This document shows positions 40,039-50,534 of a stretch of 64,000 nucleotides of DNA, piece by piece (the first letter of the stretch is position 1; the number at the start of each line of letters is the position of its first letter). Both the position numbers and the translations under genes were made by a program. The notes beneath the pieces were generated by a model that searched no databases, was not told the origin of the DNA, and saw only the letters and a list, made by a program, of their open reading frames with translations. This stretch comes from an uncultured Gemmatimonadales bacterium (lineage in GTDB: Bacteria > Gemmatimonadota > Gemmatimonadetes > Gemmatimonadales > GWC2-71-9), in the NCBI GenBank assembly GCA_963779755.1, contig CAVZZO010000001.1:416001-480000 (forward strand). Reading direction: 5' to 3'.

Positions 40039-42956
40039 GCGGCATCATGAACCTCGACAGGTTCCAGGCCAGCCTCGCCGGCCGCTACACGATCGAGCGA
40101 GAGCTGGGGCAGGGCGGCATGGCCACGGTGTACCTGGCGGAGGACCTGAAGCACGGCCGCCAGGTGGCGATCAAGGTGCTCAAACCGGAACTGGCCGCCG
40201 TGCTGGGCGCCGAGCGGTTCCTGCGCGAGATCCGGATCGCCGCCAACCTGCAGTCCCCGCACATCCTTCCCCTGCTGGACTCGGGCGATGCCGACGGCCT
40301 TCTCTATTACGTGATGCCGTTCGTGCGCGGCGAATCGCTGCGCGACCGGCTCGCGCGCGACGGCGCGATGTCGCCGCCCGGGTCCGCGCGCCTGCTGCGG
40401 GAGGTCACCGACGGCCTGGCGCACGCCCACCGTCATGGTGTGGTCCATCGCGACATCAAACCCGACAACGTCATGCTCGCCGAGGGGCATGCGCTGTTGA
40501 TGGACTTCGGCGTGGCCAAAGCGATCGCGGCCGGCCACAGCGACGCGCCCGGCGGCGATTCGGCGACTCTCACTGACGTCGGAATCTCGGTGGGTACACC
40601 GGCATACATGGCGCCGGAACAGGCCGCGGCGGATCCGGCGATCGATGCCCGCGCCGACATCTACAGCCTGGGCGTCATGGCGTACGAGCTCCTCTCCGGA
40701 GCACCGCCGTTTACGGGCACGCCGCAGGCGGTCATGACGGCGCACGTCCTCACGCCTCCCGCTCCACTGCCGGATGCCGTTCCGCCAGCCATCGCGGCCA
40801 TCGTGATGCGGTGCCTGGCGAAGGATCCCGACCGCCGGTACCAGAACGCGGACGAGCTGCTGGCCGCCTTCGATGCGCTGGTGACACCCACCGGAACCGC
40901 GATGGTCCCGGGAGGCCGTCCCGCCGCCCGGCGGCGGAAAATCGCGCTGGCAGTCGTCGCCATCGCCGCGGTGGGGGCCGCGGCGTTCTTCGGCATCCGG
41001 AGCATGCAGCGTCATGCCTGGGTGAGCGGGACCGCGATCCCCGAGATGGGGCGGATGATCGAGGATGGCCAGATGGACAGTGCCTGGTATGTGGGCCTCC
41101 GAGCGCAGGCGATCGCGCCACGGGACACCATCCTTGCGGCGCTGTTCACCCAGTTGAGTCACGGTCGCCGGCCTTCGATCATCACCCGCCCGGCCGGGGC
41201 CACTGTGTATCGCGCGTCTCTCGGGGACACCAGCGTCTGGCACTACGTGGGGACGACACCTATCGACTCGATGGAACTCCCGTTCCAGACCGGCCTCTAT
41301 CGTTTCGAGAAGCCAGGGTACCGGACCCTGTACACGACCGGCATGTACCTGCCTTTTCCGCTGATGCTCAATACGGTCGCGGATACGGATTCGGCCCTGA
41401 TCCCCGTCGCCGGCGGGCCGCGGTACAGTACGTTTCTCGTCGGCACCGAAGGATCACCCGAGCTGTCGCTCCGCGACTGGAAGATCGATCGATACGAGAC
41501 GACCAACCGCCAGTACAAGGCGTTCGTGGAGGCCGGCGGATATCGCGACAGCACCTGGTGGGACTATCCGTTCAAAGAGGGCAACCGCACGCTCACGTGG
41601 TCTCAGGCGATGACACGGTTCGTCGACCAGACGGGACGCCCGGGACCCTCGACCTGGGTTGCCGGGGACTACCCGTCCGGGCAGGCCGACATGCCGGTCG
41701 GCGGCGTCAGCTGGTACGAAGCCGCCGCGTATGCCAGGTGGGCGGGAAAATCGCTCCCCACCGTGTACCACTGGGCGCGCGCCGCGGGCACCTGGCTCTC
41801 GTCGGCCATCGTGCCGCTGAGCAATTTGCAGGGCACCGGGCCGTGGAAAGTCGGTACACCGCGCGCCGTGAGTCTGGTCGGCGCATCCGACATGGCGGGC
41901 AACGTGCGTGAGTGGTGCTACAACGAGGAAGCCACCAGCGGCGAGCGCTACATCGAGGGCGGCGGCTGGAGCGACCCCACCTACGCGTTCGTCGACGCCT
42001 ACGCCCAGCCGCCGATGGATCGCTCCGCGATCAACGGCATCCGGCTCGCGCGGTACGATCCCGCGGACAGCAACCTCGCGCTCGCACGGCGGCCGCTGGT
42101 GCGTGCGTTTACCGACTACGCGAAGGTCCCATCTGTCCCGGACGCGGTATTCGAAGGCTATCGCCACCAGTTCGACTACGATCCGCTTCCGCTGGAGTCC
42201 CGGGTCGAACGCGTGGATTCCAGCAGCGACGAGTGGCTTGCCCAGTTTGTGAGCTTCACCGCCGCCTACGGCGGAGAGCGGATGGAGGCGTGGGTCTTCC
42301 TCCCCAGGAGGGGCACCCCGCCGTACCAGCCCGTCGTGTTCTTTCCCGGGTCCGGCGCGATCAACACCCGCACCAGCGCCCGACGGCGCGACATGACGCC
42401 GAGCTTTGTGGTGAAGAGCGGACGCGCGTTCGTGCTGCCGATCTACAAGAGCACCTACGAACGGTCGGACAGCCTGACGAGCGACATCCCCGACCAGTCC
42501 ATCTTCTGGCGGGATCACGTCATCATGTGGGGGAAAGACTTCCGGCGGACCCTCGACTATCTCAGCAGCCGGCCGGACATGGACAGCACCAGGTTCTCCT
42601 ACTTCGGCTACAGTTGGGGCGCCAACATGGGCGGGATCATTCCGGCGGTGGAACCGCGGATCAAGGCAGCGGTGCTGTACGTCGCCGGCCTCACCATGGA
42701 GCGGCCGAGGCCGGAGGTCGATCCCATCAATTTCCTGCCGCACATCCACATCCCGGCCCTGATGTTGAACGGGAAGTACGACTTCTTCTTCCCGACGGAG
42801 ACATCGCAGCGTCCGTTCTTCGAGCGGCTGGGTACTCCGTCCGCGGACAAGAAGTGGGTGGTGTATGAAGGCGGCCACGATGTACCACGCCCACGCCTCA
42901 TCGGCGAGACGCTCGCCTGGCTCGACAAGTACCTGGGACCGGTGAATCCCCGATGA
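40035..42956 (+). CDS. Array kinase 6: Ser/Thr kinase - TM - FGE-sulfatase-like - alpha/beta-hydrolase
   Basis: ATGA overlap; IDRYETTNRQY, VSWYEAAAYARW, DMAGNVREW (FGE family); GYSWG, NGKYD, GGHD (hydrolase triad). Confidence 0.93.
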   Translation: MSGIMNLDRFQASLAGRYTIERELGQGGMATVYLAEDLKHGRQVAIKVLKPELAAVLGAERFLREIRIAANLQSPHILPLLDSGDADGLLYYVMPFVRGESLRDRLARDGAMSPPGSARLLREVTDGLAHAHRHGVVHRDIKPDNVMLAEGHALLMDFGVAKAIAAGHSDAPGGDSATLTDVGISVGTPAYMAPEQAAADPAIDARADIYSLGVMAYELLSGAPPFTGTPQAVMTAHVLTPPAPLPDAVPPAIAAIVMRCLAKDPDRRYQNADELLAAFDALVTPTGTAMVPGGRPAARRRKIALAVVAIAAVGAAAFFGIRSMQRHAWVSGTAIPEMGRMIEDGQMDSAWYVGLRAQAIAPRDTILAALFTQLSHGRRPSIITRPAGATVYRASLGDTSVWHYVGTTPIDSMELPFQTGLYRFEKPGYRTLYTTGMYLPFPLMLNTVADTDSALIPVAGGPRYSTFLVGTEGSPELSLRDWKIDRYETTNRQYKAFVEAGGYRDSTWWDYPFKEGNRTLTWSQAMTRFVDQTGRPGPSTWVAGDYPSGQADMPVGGVSWYEAAAYARWAGKSLPTVYHWARAAGTWLSSAIVPLSNLQGTGPWKVGTPRAVSLVGASDMAGNVREWCYNEEATSGERYIEGGGWSDPTYAFVDAYAQPPMDRSAINGIRLARYDPADSNLALARRPLVRAFTDYAKVPSVPDAVFEGYRHQFDYDPLPLESRVERVDSSSDEWLAQFVSFTAAYGGERMEAWVFLPRRGTPPYQPVVFFPGSGAINTRTSARRRDMTPSFVVKSGRAFVLPIYKSTYERSDSLTSDIPDQSIFWRDHVIMWGKDFRRTLDYLSSRPDMDSTRFSYFGYSWGANMGGIIPAVEPRIKAAVLYVAGLTMERPRPEVDPINFLPHIHIPALMLNGKYDFFFPTETSQRPFFERLGTPSADKKWVVYEGGHDVPRPRLIGETLAWLDKYLGPVNPR

Positions 42957-45478
42957 CGCGGGACCGTCTCACTGCCGCCCTGGCCGGCCGCTACCGCATC
43001 GAGCGTGAGCTGGGTGCGGGCGGCATGGCCACAGTCTATCTGGCCGGGGACCTGAAGCACGGCCGCAAGGTGGCGATCAAGGTCATGCATCCCCAACTCG
43101 CCGCCGCCATCGGGGTCGAGCGGTTCCTCGCCGAGATCCAGACCACGGCCAACCTGCAGCATCCCCACATCCTGCCGCTGTTCGACTCGGGCGAGGTGGA
43201 CGGTACCGTCTTCTATGTCATGCCCTTTGTCGAAGGCGAGACGCTGCGCGATCGCCTGGACCGGGAGACGCAGCTGCCCATCGCCGACGCAGTGCGTATC
43301 GCCAGCGAGATCGGCGCCGCCCTGGACCATGCGCACCGGCAGGGCGTGATCCATCGCGATATCAAGCCGGAGAATATCCTGCTGCGCGAAGGCCACGTCC
43401 TGGTGGCGGACTTCGGGATTGCCCTGCCGGCCGGGAAGGCCGCCGGAGCCCGGCTCACCGAGACCGGCATGTCCCTTGGCACGCCGCAGTACATGAGCCC
43501 GGAACAGGCCATGGGGGAGCGCGAGATCGACGGGCGCAGCGACACCTTCGCGCTGGCCAGCGTGCTCTACGAGATGCTGCTGGGCCAGCCCCCGTTCACC
43601 GGCCCCAACGCCCAGGCGATCGTGGCGAAAATCATGACCGCCGACGCGCCGTCCCTTACCACGGAGCGGCGGACCGTCCCACCTACTATTGATCGGGCGG
43701 TCCGGCGGGCGCTGGAGCGGCTCCCGGCGGACCGGTTCGCCACCACCGCGGATTTCGTCTCGGCGCTGCAAGCACCCTCCACTCCGGCGCCGGCAGGATG
43801 GCGGCGCCCGGTGCTCGCCGCCGGGATCGTGGTCATCATTCTTGCCGGGATCGCCGCCGCTGCCTATCTGTGGAGTGGCCGGCGGACGGGGGGAAGGCCG
43901 GACGCGGCGGACCGCCGCCGGATCGTCGCCGTCCTGCCGTTCCGCAATATCTCGGCGGATACGGCCCAGCAGTACTTCAGCGCCGGGATGACCGAAGAAA
44001 TCACTTCGCAGCTGGCCAAAGTCGCATCGCTGCGGGTGCTGGGGCGGTCCGCCACCGCGCAGTACGATACCGTCGCCAATCGCCTGCAGCGGATGGCCAG
44101 CGATCTGGGCGTAGGCAGCGTGGTGGAGGGAAGCGTGCGACTGGCCGGCGACCGGGTCCGGATCGACGTCGAGCTGACCGACGTCCAGTCGGGCCAGTCG
44201 CTCTGGTCCGATCAGTACCAGCGCCAGATCGCCGATATCTTCGCGGTGCAGGACGACGTCGCCATCCAGGTCACCAGCGCGCTGCAGGCCGCCCTGACGC
44301 CGTCCGAGGCCAAACGCCTTGCGCAGGCACCGACCACCAGCCCGGCCGCGCATCAGATCTACCTGCGGGCGCGTGCGTTGAATCCGACGGACCGGTCGGA
44401 GAACCTCGCCCAGGCGGAGCTGTTGCGCCAGGCGATCGCCATCGACACCGGTTATGCGCTGGCGTATGCCTATCTGGCCCGCAACTACATGTTCCGCGGC
44501 GTGGGCGGGGAACCAGAGTGGATCGACTCGGGCTTTGTCGCCGCCCGTCGCGCCGTGGCGATGGACTCCGATCTGGCCGACGGGTATTTCGCGCTGGGCG
44601 ACGTGCAGTCCATCCGCCTGAAGTTCGCCGACGCGCGCCGGTCCTATCTCCGGGCGCTCGAACTGGAACCCAGTCACGATGGGGCGATGGCCGACCTGGC
44701 CAACGTGTACACTGCGCTGGGCCGCTACGACGAGGCACTCGACTGGGCGCTTCGGTCCGCCCAGCTCGACCCCAATCATCCCCACGCGCCCTATCACGTG
44801 GGCCTGCCCCTCATCGCGCTGGGTGACGACTCCGCCACCGCCCGGTACCTGCATGCCGCCGAGCGCAAACGGCCGGCGGAACTACGGGTGCAGGGGCTGC
44901 TGGCCTGGCTGGACATGAGGCGAGGCGCCCCGGCGGCCGCACTGGCGCGAGCCCGCAAGATGGTGGCGGACAATCCCGATAACACCGAGGGCCGCCCGAT
45001 TCTGGCGGAGCTTGCCTTCCTCGCCGGGGCCCCCGATGCGGAGCAGCTGCTCCAGCCGCTGGTCGAGGCCGATCCCGAGACGCCGTCGCAATACGACGCT
45101 GAGGGACTGCGCTCCATGTTTGCTCTGACCCTGCGACAACACGGTGACGGCGGGGAGGCCGCGGATCTGTGGCGGCAGTCGGCCGCGGCGGCGCGGCAGC
45201 AACTCGCCGCCGGCGCGGAAGGACCGGCGGCACAGATGGAGCTGGCCGCGATCAACGCGATCCAGGGCAACACGAACGAAGCGATGGACTGGCTCGAAAA
45301 GGGCTATCGCGCCGGGTGGAAAGACGCCCGGCAGGTGGGGCTCGATCCATTCTTTGCCCCGGTCCGCCAGGACCCCCGGTACCGGGCCGTGCTGGCGAAC
45401 ATGCGGCAGGACGTCGCGGAGATGCGCAAGCGGGCCGCCGCGGCGCACCCGGAGCTCTTTCAGGGAACGACGCCATGA
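42953..45478 (+). CDS. Array kinase 7: Ser/Thr kinase - TM - TolB-N - TPR
   Basis: ATGA overlap; VAVLPFRNIS...YFSAGMTEEI...VEGSVR; TPR helices. Confidence 0.95.
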   Translation: MTRDRLTAALAGRYRIERELGAGGMATVYLAGDLKHGRKVAIKVMHPQLAAAIGVERFLAEIQTTANLQHPHILPLFDSGEVDGTVFYVMPFVEGETLRDRLDRETQLPIADAVRIASEIGAALDHAHRQGVIHRDIKPENILLREGHVLVADFGIALPAGKAAGARLTETGMSLGTPQYMSPEQAMGEREIDGRSDTFALASVLYEMLLGQPPFTGPNAQAIVAKIMTADAPSLTTERRTVPPTIDRAVRRALERLPADRFATTADFVSALQAPSTPAPAGWRRPVLAAGIVVIILAGIAAAAYLWSGRRTGGRPDAADRRRIVAVLPFRNISADTAQQYFSAGMTEEITSQLAKVASLRVLGRSATAQYDTVANRLQRMASDLGVGSVVEGSVRLAGDRVRIDVELTDVQSGQSLWSDQYQRQIADIFAVQDDVAIQVTSALQAALTPSEAKRLAQAPTTSPAAHQIYLRARALNPTDRSENLAQAELLRQAIAIDTGYALAYAYLARNYMFRGVGGEPEWIDSGFVAARRAVAMDSDLADGYFALGDVQSIRLKFADARRSYLRALELEPSHDGAMADLANVYTALGRYDEALDWALRSAQLDPNHPHAPYHVGLPLIALGDDSATARYLHAAERKRPAELRVQGLLAWLDMRRGAPAAALARARKMVADNPDNTEGRPILAELAFLAGAPDAEQLLQPLVEADPETPSQYDAEGLRSMFALTLRQHGDGGEAADLWRQSAAAARQQLAAGAEGPAAQMELAAINAIQGNTNEAMDWLEKGYRAGWKDARQVGLDPFFAPVRQDPRYRAVLANMRQDVAEMRKRAAAAHPELFQGTTP

Positions 45479-47889
45479 GTGGAGCACCCCCGGGTCTGAT
45501 CGCAGCTCTGGCTGACCGCTACACCATCGAGCGCGAGCTGGGCGAGGGCGGCATGGCGACCGTCTACCTCGCCACCGACCTCAAGCATGGGCGACAGGTT
45601 GCTATCAAGGTGCTCAAGCCGGAGCTTGCCGCCGTCCTCGGCGCCGAGCGGTTCCTGGCGGAGATCAAGACGACGGCCAATCTGCGGCACCCGCATATCC
45701 TGCCGCTGTTTGACAGTGGCCGGGCCACCGTTCCCCCTCTCCCCGGTGGGGAGAGGGGGACAGGGGGTGAGGTCCTCTACTATGTTATGCCGTTCGTGGA
45801 GGGTGAGTCGCTGCGCGACCGGCTGACCCGCGACCGGCAGCTTCCGATCGGGGAGGCGCTGCAGATCTCCCGGGAGGTGGCCGACGCCTTGGGCTACGCC
45901 CACAGCCGGGGCATCGTGCATCGGGATATCAAGCCGGAGAATATCCTGCTGGAGAACGGCCACGCGGTGGTGGCCGATTTCGGCATCGCCCGCGCCGTCA
46001 GTTCCGCGGGCGGCGACCGGATCACCCAGACCGGCATGGCGGTCGGCACGCCGCTCTACATGAGCCCGGAGCAGGCGGCCGGTTCCGGCGATCTGGACGG
46101 CCGGAGCGATCTCTACAGCCTGGCCTGCGTGCTGTACGAAATGCTGGCCGGCGAGCCGCCCTTTACCGGCGCGACCCCGGCGGTGATCACCCGGCAGCAT
46201 ATGATTACCGAGGCAGCGCCGGTCACTAACAAGCGGCCGGCGGTACCCGCGCATGTGGCCGGCTCGCTGGCCCGCGCCCTGGCCAAGGACCCGGCCGACC
46301 GGTTCAACCCGGTGGCGCAGTTCGCACAGGCGCTCACCGATGGCCCAGCCGCCCCGGCAGCAACCGCGACGGCACCGGCCGACTCCTCCCGCTCACCGCG
46401 GCGCCGGTGGTTCGCCCTGGCGGCCGGCGGGGTGCTGGTCGTTGCCGCGGGCGCCTGGCTGTTGACCAGGACACTCCGGCAGGGAGGGGCCACAACAGCC
46501 GGGGTCATCCGGTCCATCGCGGTCATGCCGCTCGACGACTACTCGGCCGACTCGACCCAGGCGTACTTCGCCGAGGGAATGACCGACGAGCTTACCACCG
46601 ACCTGGCGAGCATCAGTTCGCTGCGGGTCATCTCGCGCGGGTCGGTCATGCAGTACGCCGGCGGCAACCGTCCTCCCGCCCCGGAGATTGCCCGGTCGCT
46701 GAACGTGGATGCGATTGTGGAAGGCTCCGTCACCCGCGCGGGCGACAGGGTGCGGATCACCGCCCAGCTGATTGACGCGCGGGCCGACCGTCATCTCTGG
46801 GCCCAGAGTTTCGAGCGGCAGTCGAGCGACGTGCTGGCGCTGCAGGCCGAGCTGGCCTCGGCTATCGCCAGCGCCATCAACGCGCGGATCACCCCCGCCG
46901 AGCAGACCCGGCTGGCCGCGGCACCGACGGTCGATCCGGCGGCGCACGACGCCTACCTGCGCGGCCGGTACTTCTTCGCCCGGCCGAACGATGAAAATCT
47001 GGAGAAGGCCATCGCGCAGTTCAACCAGGCGGTCAGTCTGAGTCCCGATTTCGCGCCGGCCTGGTCCGGCCTGTCCGACGCGTATCTGTGGGCGGCGTTC
47101 AACGAGGGGTTCATCAGTGCTCGCGAGGCCGGCCCCAGAGCCAGGGAGGCGGCCGAGCGTGCGGTGCAGCTCGACAGCACGTTGGCGGAGGGTCACACCT
47201 CGCTCGGGACTTATCTGGCGTGGTTCGCGCACGACTGGACCGGGAGTGAGCGCGAATTGCGCCGCGCCATCGCGCTCAATCCCAACTACGCCTTCGCGCA
47301 CGACCAGTTCGGACTGATCCTCAGTATCCTGGGGCGATTTGACGCGGCGATCGCCGAGGGGAAGCGGGCCATGGCGCTCGACCCCCTGTCGCCGTCTATC
47401 CTGATTGATGCCATGGTGGCGTTTGTTTACCGGCCCGATGTGCCGGCCGCCACCGCGCTGGCCCAACGCACCAGCGACCTCGATCCCACCTTCTTCTTTC
47501 CCTATTCGCTCATGGCCAAGCTCGACGTCCAGCTGGGGAAGGCGCGGGAGGCGGTTTCCCTGCTGGAGAAGGCCCGCACCATGGGGGCCCCCTCGTTTGT
47601 GACCGGCGAGCTGGCCTATGCCTACGGGATGACCGGCGACCAGGCCAGGGCCGAGGCGACACTCGCCGATCTGAAGAAGATGTCGCGCAGCGGCGAGGGG
47701 TTGCCTTATGACCTGGCGCTCTACTACCTGGGGCAGCGCAATACGGCCCGCACGCTGGACTACCTGGAGCAGGCGTTTGCCGCCGATGCCCAATCGCTGG
47801 TGTGGCTCAAGGAGGATACCATCTACGATCCGCTACGGCAGAACCCGCGGTTCATCGCGCTCATGCAGAAGATGCACTTCACCTCATGA
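45475..47889 (+). CDS. Array kinase 8: Ser/Thr kinase - TM - TolB-N - TPR, with in-frame hairpin insert
   Basis: ATGA overlap at 45475; SIAVMPL...YFAEGMTDEL; TPR helices. Confidence 0.95.
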   Translation: MSGAPPGLIAALADRYTIERELGEGGMATVYLATDLKHGRQVAIKVLKPELAAVLGAERFLAEIKTTANLRHPHILPLFDSGRATVPPLPGGERGTGGEVLYYVMPFVEGESLRDRLTRDRQLPIGEALQISREVADALGYAHSRGIVHRDIKPENILLENGHAVVADFGIARAVSSAGGDRITQTGMAVGTPLYMSPEQAAGSGDLDGRSDLYSLACVLYEMLAGEPPFTGATPAVITRQHMITEAAPVTNKRPAVPAHVAGSLARALAKDPADRFNPVAQFAQALTDGPAAPAATATAPADSSRSPRRRWFALAAGGVLVVAAGAWLLTRTLRQGGATTAGVIRSIAVMPLDDYSADSTQAYFAEGMTDELTTDLASISSLRVISRGSVMQYAGGNRPPAPEIARSLNVDAIVEGSVTRAGDRVRITAQLIDARADRHLWAQSFERQSSDVLALQAELASAIASAINARITPAEQTRLAAAPTVDPAAHDAYLRGRYFFARPNDENLEKAIAQFNQAVSLSPDFAPAWSGLSDAYLWAAFNEGFISAREAGPRAREAAERAVQLDSTLAEGHTSLGTYLAWFAHDWTGSERELRRAIALNPNYAFAHDQFGLILSILGRFDAAIAEGKRAMALDPLSPSILIDAMVAFVYRPDVPAATALAQRTSDLDPTFFFPYSLMAKLDVQLGKAREAVSLLEKARTMGAPSFVTGELAYAYGMTGDQARAEATLADLKKMSRSGEGLPYDLALYYLGQRNTARTLDYLEQAFAADAQSLVWLKEDTIYDPLRQNPRFIALMQKMHFTS
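45732..45760. repeat. REP-like palindrome inside kinase coding sequence (copy 2)
   Basis: TCCCCCTCTCCCC-GGT-GGGGAGAGGGGGA. Confidence 0.85.
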
Positions 47890-50534
47890 CCGATACTTCC
47901 GGGATCGCCGCCGCGCTGGCCGGTCGCTACCGGATCGAGCGTGAGCTGGGGCAGGGAGGCATGGCCACGGTGTATCTGGCCCAGGACCTCAAGCACGACC
48001 GGCAAGTGGCTATCAAGGTGCTCCGGCCGGAGCTGGCCGCGGTGATCGGGGCGCAGCGCTTCCTGGCCGAGATCAAGACCACCGCCAATTTGCAGCATCC
48101 GCACATCCTGGCGTTGTTCGATTCGGGCGAGGTCAACGGCACCGTCTTCTACGTGATGCCGTTCGTGGAGGGTGAATCGCTGCGCGACCGCCTGGTCCGC
48201 GAGCGCCAGCTGCCGGTCGCCGAGGCGGTGCGCATCGCCACCGAGGTCGCGGCCGCGCTCGACTATGCCCATCGTCACGGCGTGATCCACCGGGACATCA
48301 AGCCGGAGAACATCCTGCTCCACGACGGCAGCGCCCTGGTGGCCGACTTCGGCATCGCGCTGGCGGTGAGCCGGTCCGACGGAGGCACCCGGCTGACCGA
48401 AACCGGGATGTCGCTGGGGACGCCGCACTACATGAGTCCCGAGCAGGCGATGGGCGAGCGCGAGATCACTGCCCGGACCGATATCTACGCCCTTGGATGC
48501 GTCCTGTACGAGATGCTGGGGGGAGAGCCGCCGTTCTCCGGACCGACGGCGCAGGCGATCATTGCCCGGGTCATGACGGAGGAGCCGCGGTCGCTTACTG
48601 CCCAGCGCCGCTCCGTCCCCGACTACCTCGAGGCGGCGGTCTTTACCGCCCTGGACAAGCTGCCGGCGGATCGATTCGCCACCGCGGCGGAATTCTCGGC
48701 AGCGCTGGCGGGCCAGGACCCGGGCATCCGCACCACGGCGCGCCGGCCGGCCGCGATGGCCGGATCCGGGCCATGGCGGCGCGTCAGCCTGCTGCTTGGG
48801 GTGGCGACGATCGCGCTGGCCGGACTCGCCTTCTGGGCACTGACGCGCTCATCCGGACGTGCCGCACCGACGGTCTATGATGTCGGCCTCCCAGACAGCG
48901 CCAGGATGAATCTCGTCAGCAGCCGGTCCCGCATCGGACCGTACGGCGCGCAGGTGCGCAATCTTTCGGTGGACCCTGCGGGCAATTTCGTCGTCTACGC
49001 GGCGACCCGCGGTGATTCCACCTCGCTCTGGGTCCGCAGTCTTCGCACGGCCGAGGTTCGTGAGTTGCCGGGAACCGAGGGTGGCACCGGGCCACGGATC
49101 TCTCCCGACGGGGAGCAGGTCGCGTACTTCAATGACGACCGGATGATGGCGATCCCGATCGACGGCTCGGAGCCGCGCCTGCTGATGATGGCCAGCAGTG
49201 GCGCGATGATCGACTGGACGTCCACCAGCCAGTTCGTCACCGTCGACAACGACGGCTATCGCTTCAACCGCTTCGATCCGAAGACCGGTTCCACCCAGTC
49301 GGCCACGATCGACCGCTGCGTGTTCGGGGTGTGGGTTCCCGAATCCCGTGAGCTGCTCTGCTCGTTCAACGGCATTGCCCAGACCATCGAGCCGGAATCG
49401 AATGCCGTCACCACCATCCGCATCGCCAATCCCGACGGCTCGCCCGGCAACCCAGCGGCCGGCAGCGCCTTCCGCATGGTCGAGGGGAGGTACCTCCTCT
49501 GGCTGGCCACCGACGGCAACCTCGTCGCTGCCACCTACGATCCGGCCCGCCACCTTGCCGGGCCGCCGACCCGAATGCTTGCCGGCATCCGGCGCGAGGC
49601 GCTGGGCGAGGGGCAATACGACATCTCGGCGGATGGGACGCTGGTCTACGCTCCGGGGCTCGACGCGACCATTGGTCGTCTCGTGCGGTTTCACCCGGGT
49701 CGGAAGATCGAACCGCTGCCGATCGAGGGTGCCGACTACCAGCGCTACGACCTCAGCGACGACGGTCGCTGGCTTGCCGCGGTCACTCCGGGCAGCGATG
49801 CCATGGAGCTGCGCATTTATGACCTGCAGAACGGCCAGCGATCGACCTGGCTGCGCGCCGAAGCGATCCGCCATGCCATGTGGAATCCCGGCGGCGACCG
49901 GCTCCTGGTCGCCGCCCAGCACGATTCGACCTGGGCCCTGCTCCGCGGTTCTCCGGGATCGGGACAGCCCGCCGACACGCTGGCCACCTGGGGTCCGGGA
50001 GAGGGCTACCTCGACCCGATCGGCTATCCCTTCGATTCCCTCGCCATCGCGCTTGACTGGAGCTCGGGCGTCGTGGCCTCCTTCGACCCGCGACGCAAGG
50101 CACCGGTCTTCGATACCGTCCTGACCGGAGCGCGCTTCCCGAGCGTCGCGCCGGGCGGCCACCTGATCACCTATCAGACCGTGGACCAGAGTCGCATCGT
50201 CGTCACCACCTTCCCCGAGGCGAGCCGCCGGTGGCAGGTGGCCACGCTGGGGGTCGAGCCGATCTGGCTCTCCGACACGGAATTGCTTTATCGCTTCGGC
50301 GCGAGCTGGTATCTGGTCCGGGTGAACCCGACGACCGGCGAGCCCCAGGGCGCCGCCACCTTCTGGGGCAGGGATCTCAGGTTCTCGGACACCTCGGGCT
50401 GGTCCAATCGTCCCGACCATACCGGCGGCGTGATCTACGTGGAGAGCCCTCAGCAGCCGGATCCCGGTTACCTGCGCGTGATCCCCGGCTGGGTCGATCA
50501 GATGAAGCGCGCGGTAGCGAAGGCAAGTCGATGA
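47886..50534 (+). CDS. Array kinase 9: Ser/Thr kinase - TM - divergent propellers
   Basis: ATGA overlap at 47886; full kinase motifs; TM; ISPDG repeats. Confidence 0.95.
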   Translation: MTDTSGIAAALAGRYRIERELGQGGMATVYLAQDLKHDRQVAIKVLRPELAAVIGAQRFLAEIKTTANLQHPHILALFDSGEVNGTVFYVMPFVEGESLRDRLVRERQLPVAEAVRIATEVAAALDYAHRHGVIHRDIKPENILLHDGSALVADFGIALAVSRSDGGTRLTETGMSLGTPHYMSPEQAMGEREITARTDIYALGCVLYEMLGGEPPFSGPTAQAIIARVMTEEPRSLTAQRRSVPDYLEAAVFTALDKLPADRFATAAEFSAALAGQDPGIRTTARRPAAMAGSGPWRRVSLLLGVATIALAGLAFWALTRSSGRAAPTVYDVGLPDSARMNLVSSRSRIGPYGAQVRNLSVDPAGNFVVYAATRGDSTSLWVRSLRTAEVRELPGTEGGTGPRISPDGEQVAYFNDDRMMAIPIDGSEPRLLMMASSGAMIDWTSTSQFVTVDNDGYRFNRFDPKTGSTQSATIDRCVFGVWVPESRELLCSFNGIAQTIEPESNAVTTIRIANPDGSPGNPAAGSAFRMVEGRYLLWLATDGNLVAATYDPARHLAGPPTRMLAGIRREALGEGQYDISADGTLVYAPGLDATIGRLVRFHPGRKIEPLPIEGADYQRYDLSDDGRWLAAVTPGSDAMELRIYDLQNGQRSTWLRAEAIRHAMWNPGGDRLLVAAQHDSTWALLRGSPGSGQPADTLATWGPGEGYLDPIGYPFDSLAIALDWSSGVVASFDPRRKAPVFDTVLTGARFPSVAPGGHLITYQTVDQSRIVVTTFPEASRRWQVATLGVEPIWLSDTELLYRFGASWYLVRVNPTTGEPQGAATFWGRDLRFSDTSGWSNRPDHTGGVIYVESPQQPDPGYLRVIPGWVDQMKRAVAKASR

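Noticed and set aside
28936..50530. Long N-terminal extensions in the ORF track (starts 28936, 45169, 47802, 50231)
   Set aside because: They overlap the upstream genes extensively; stop-overlapping starts at 29470, 45475, 47886 and 50531 match the paralog N-termini.
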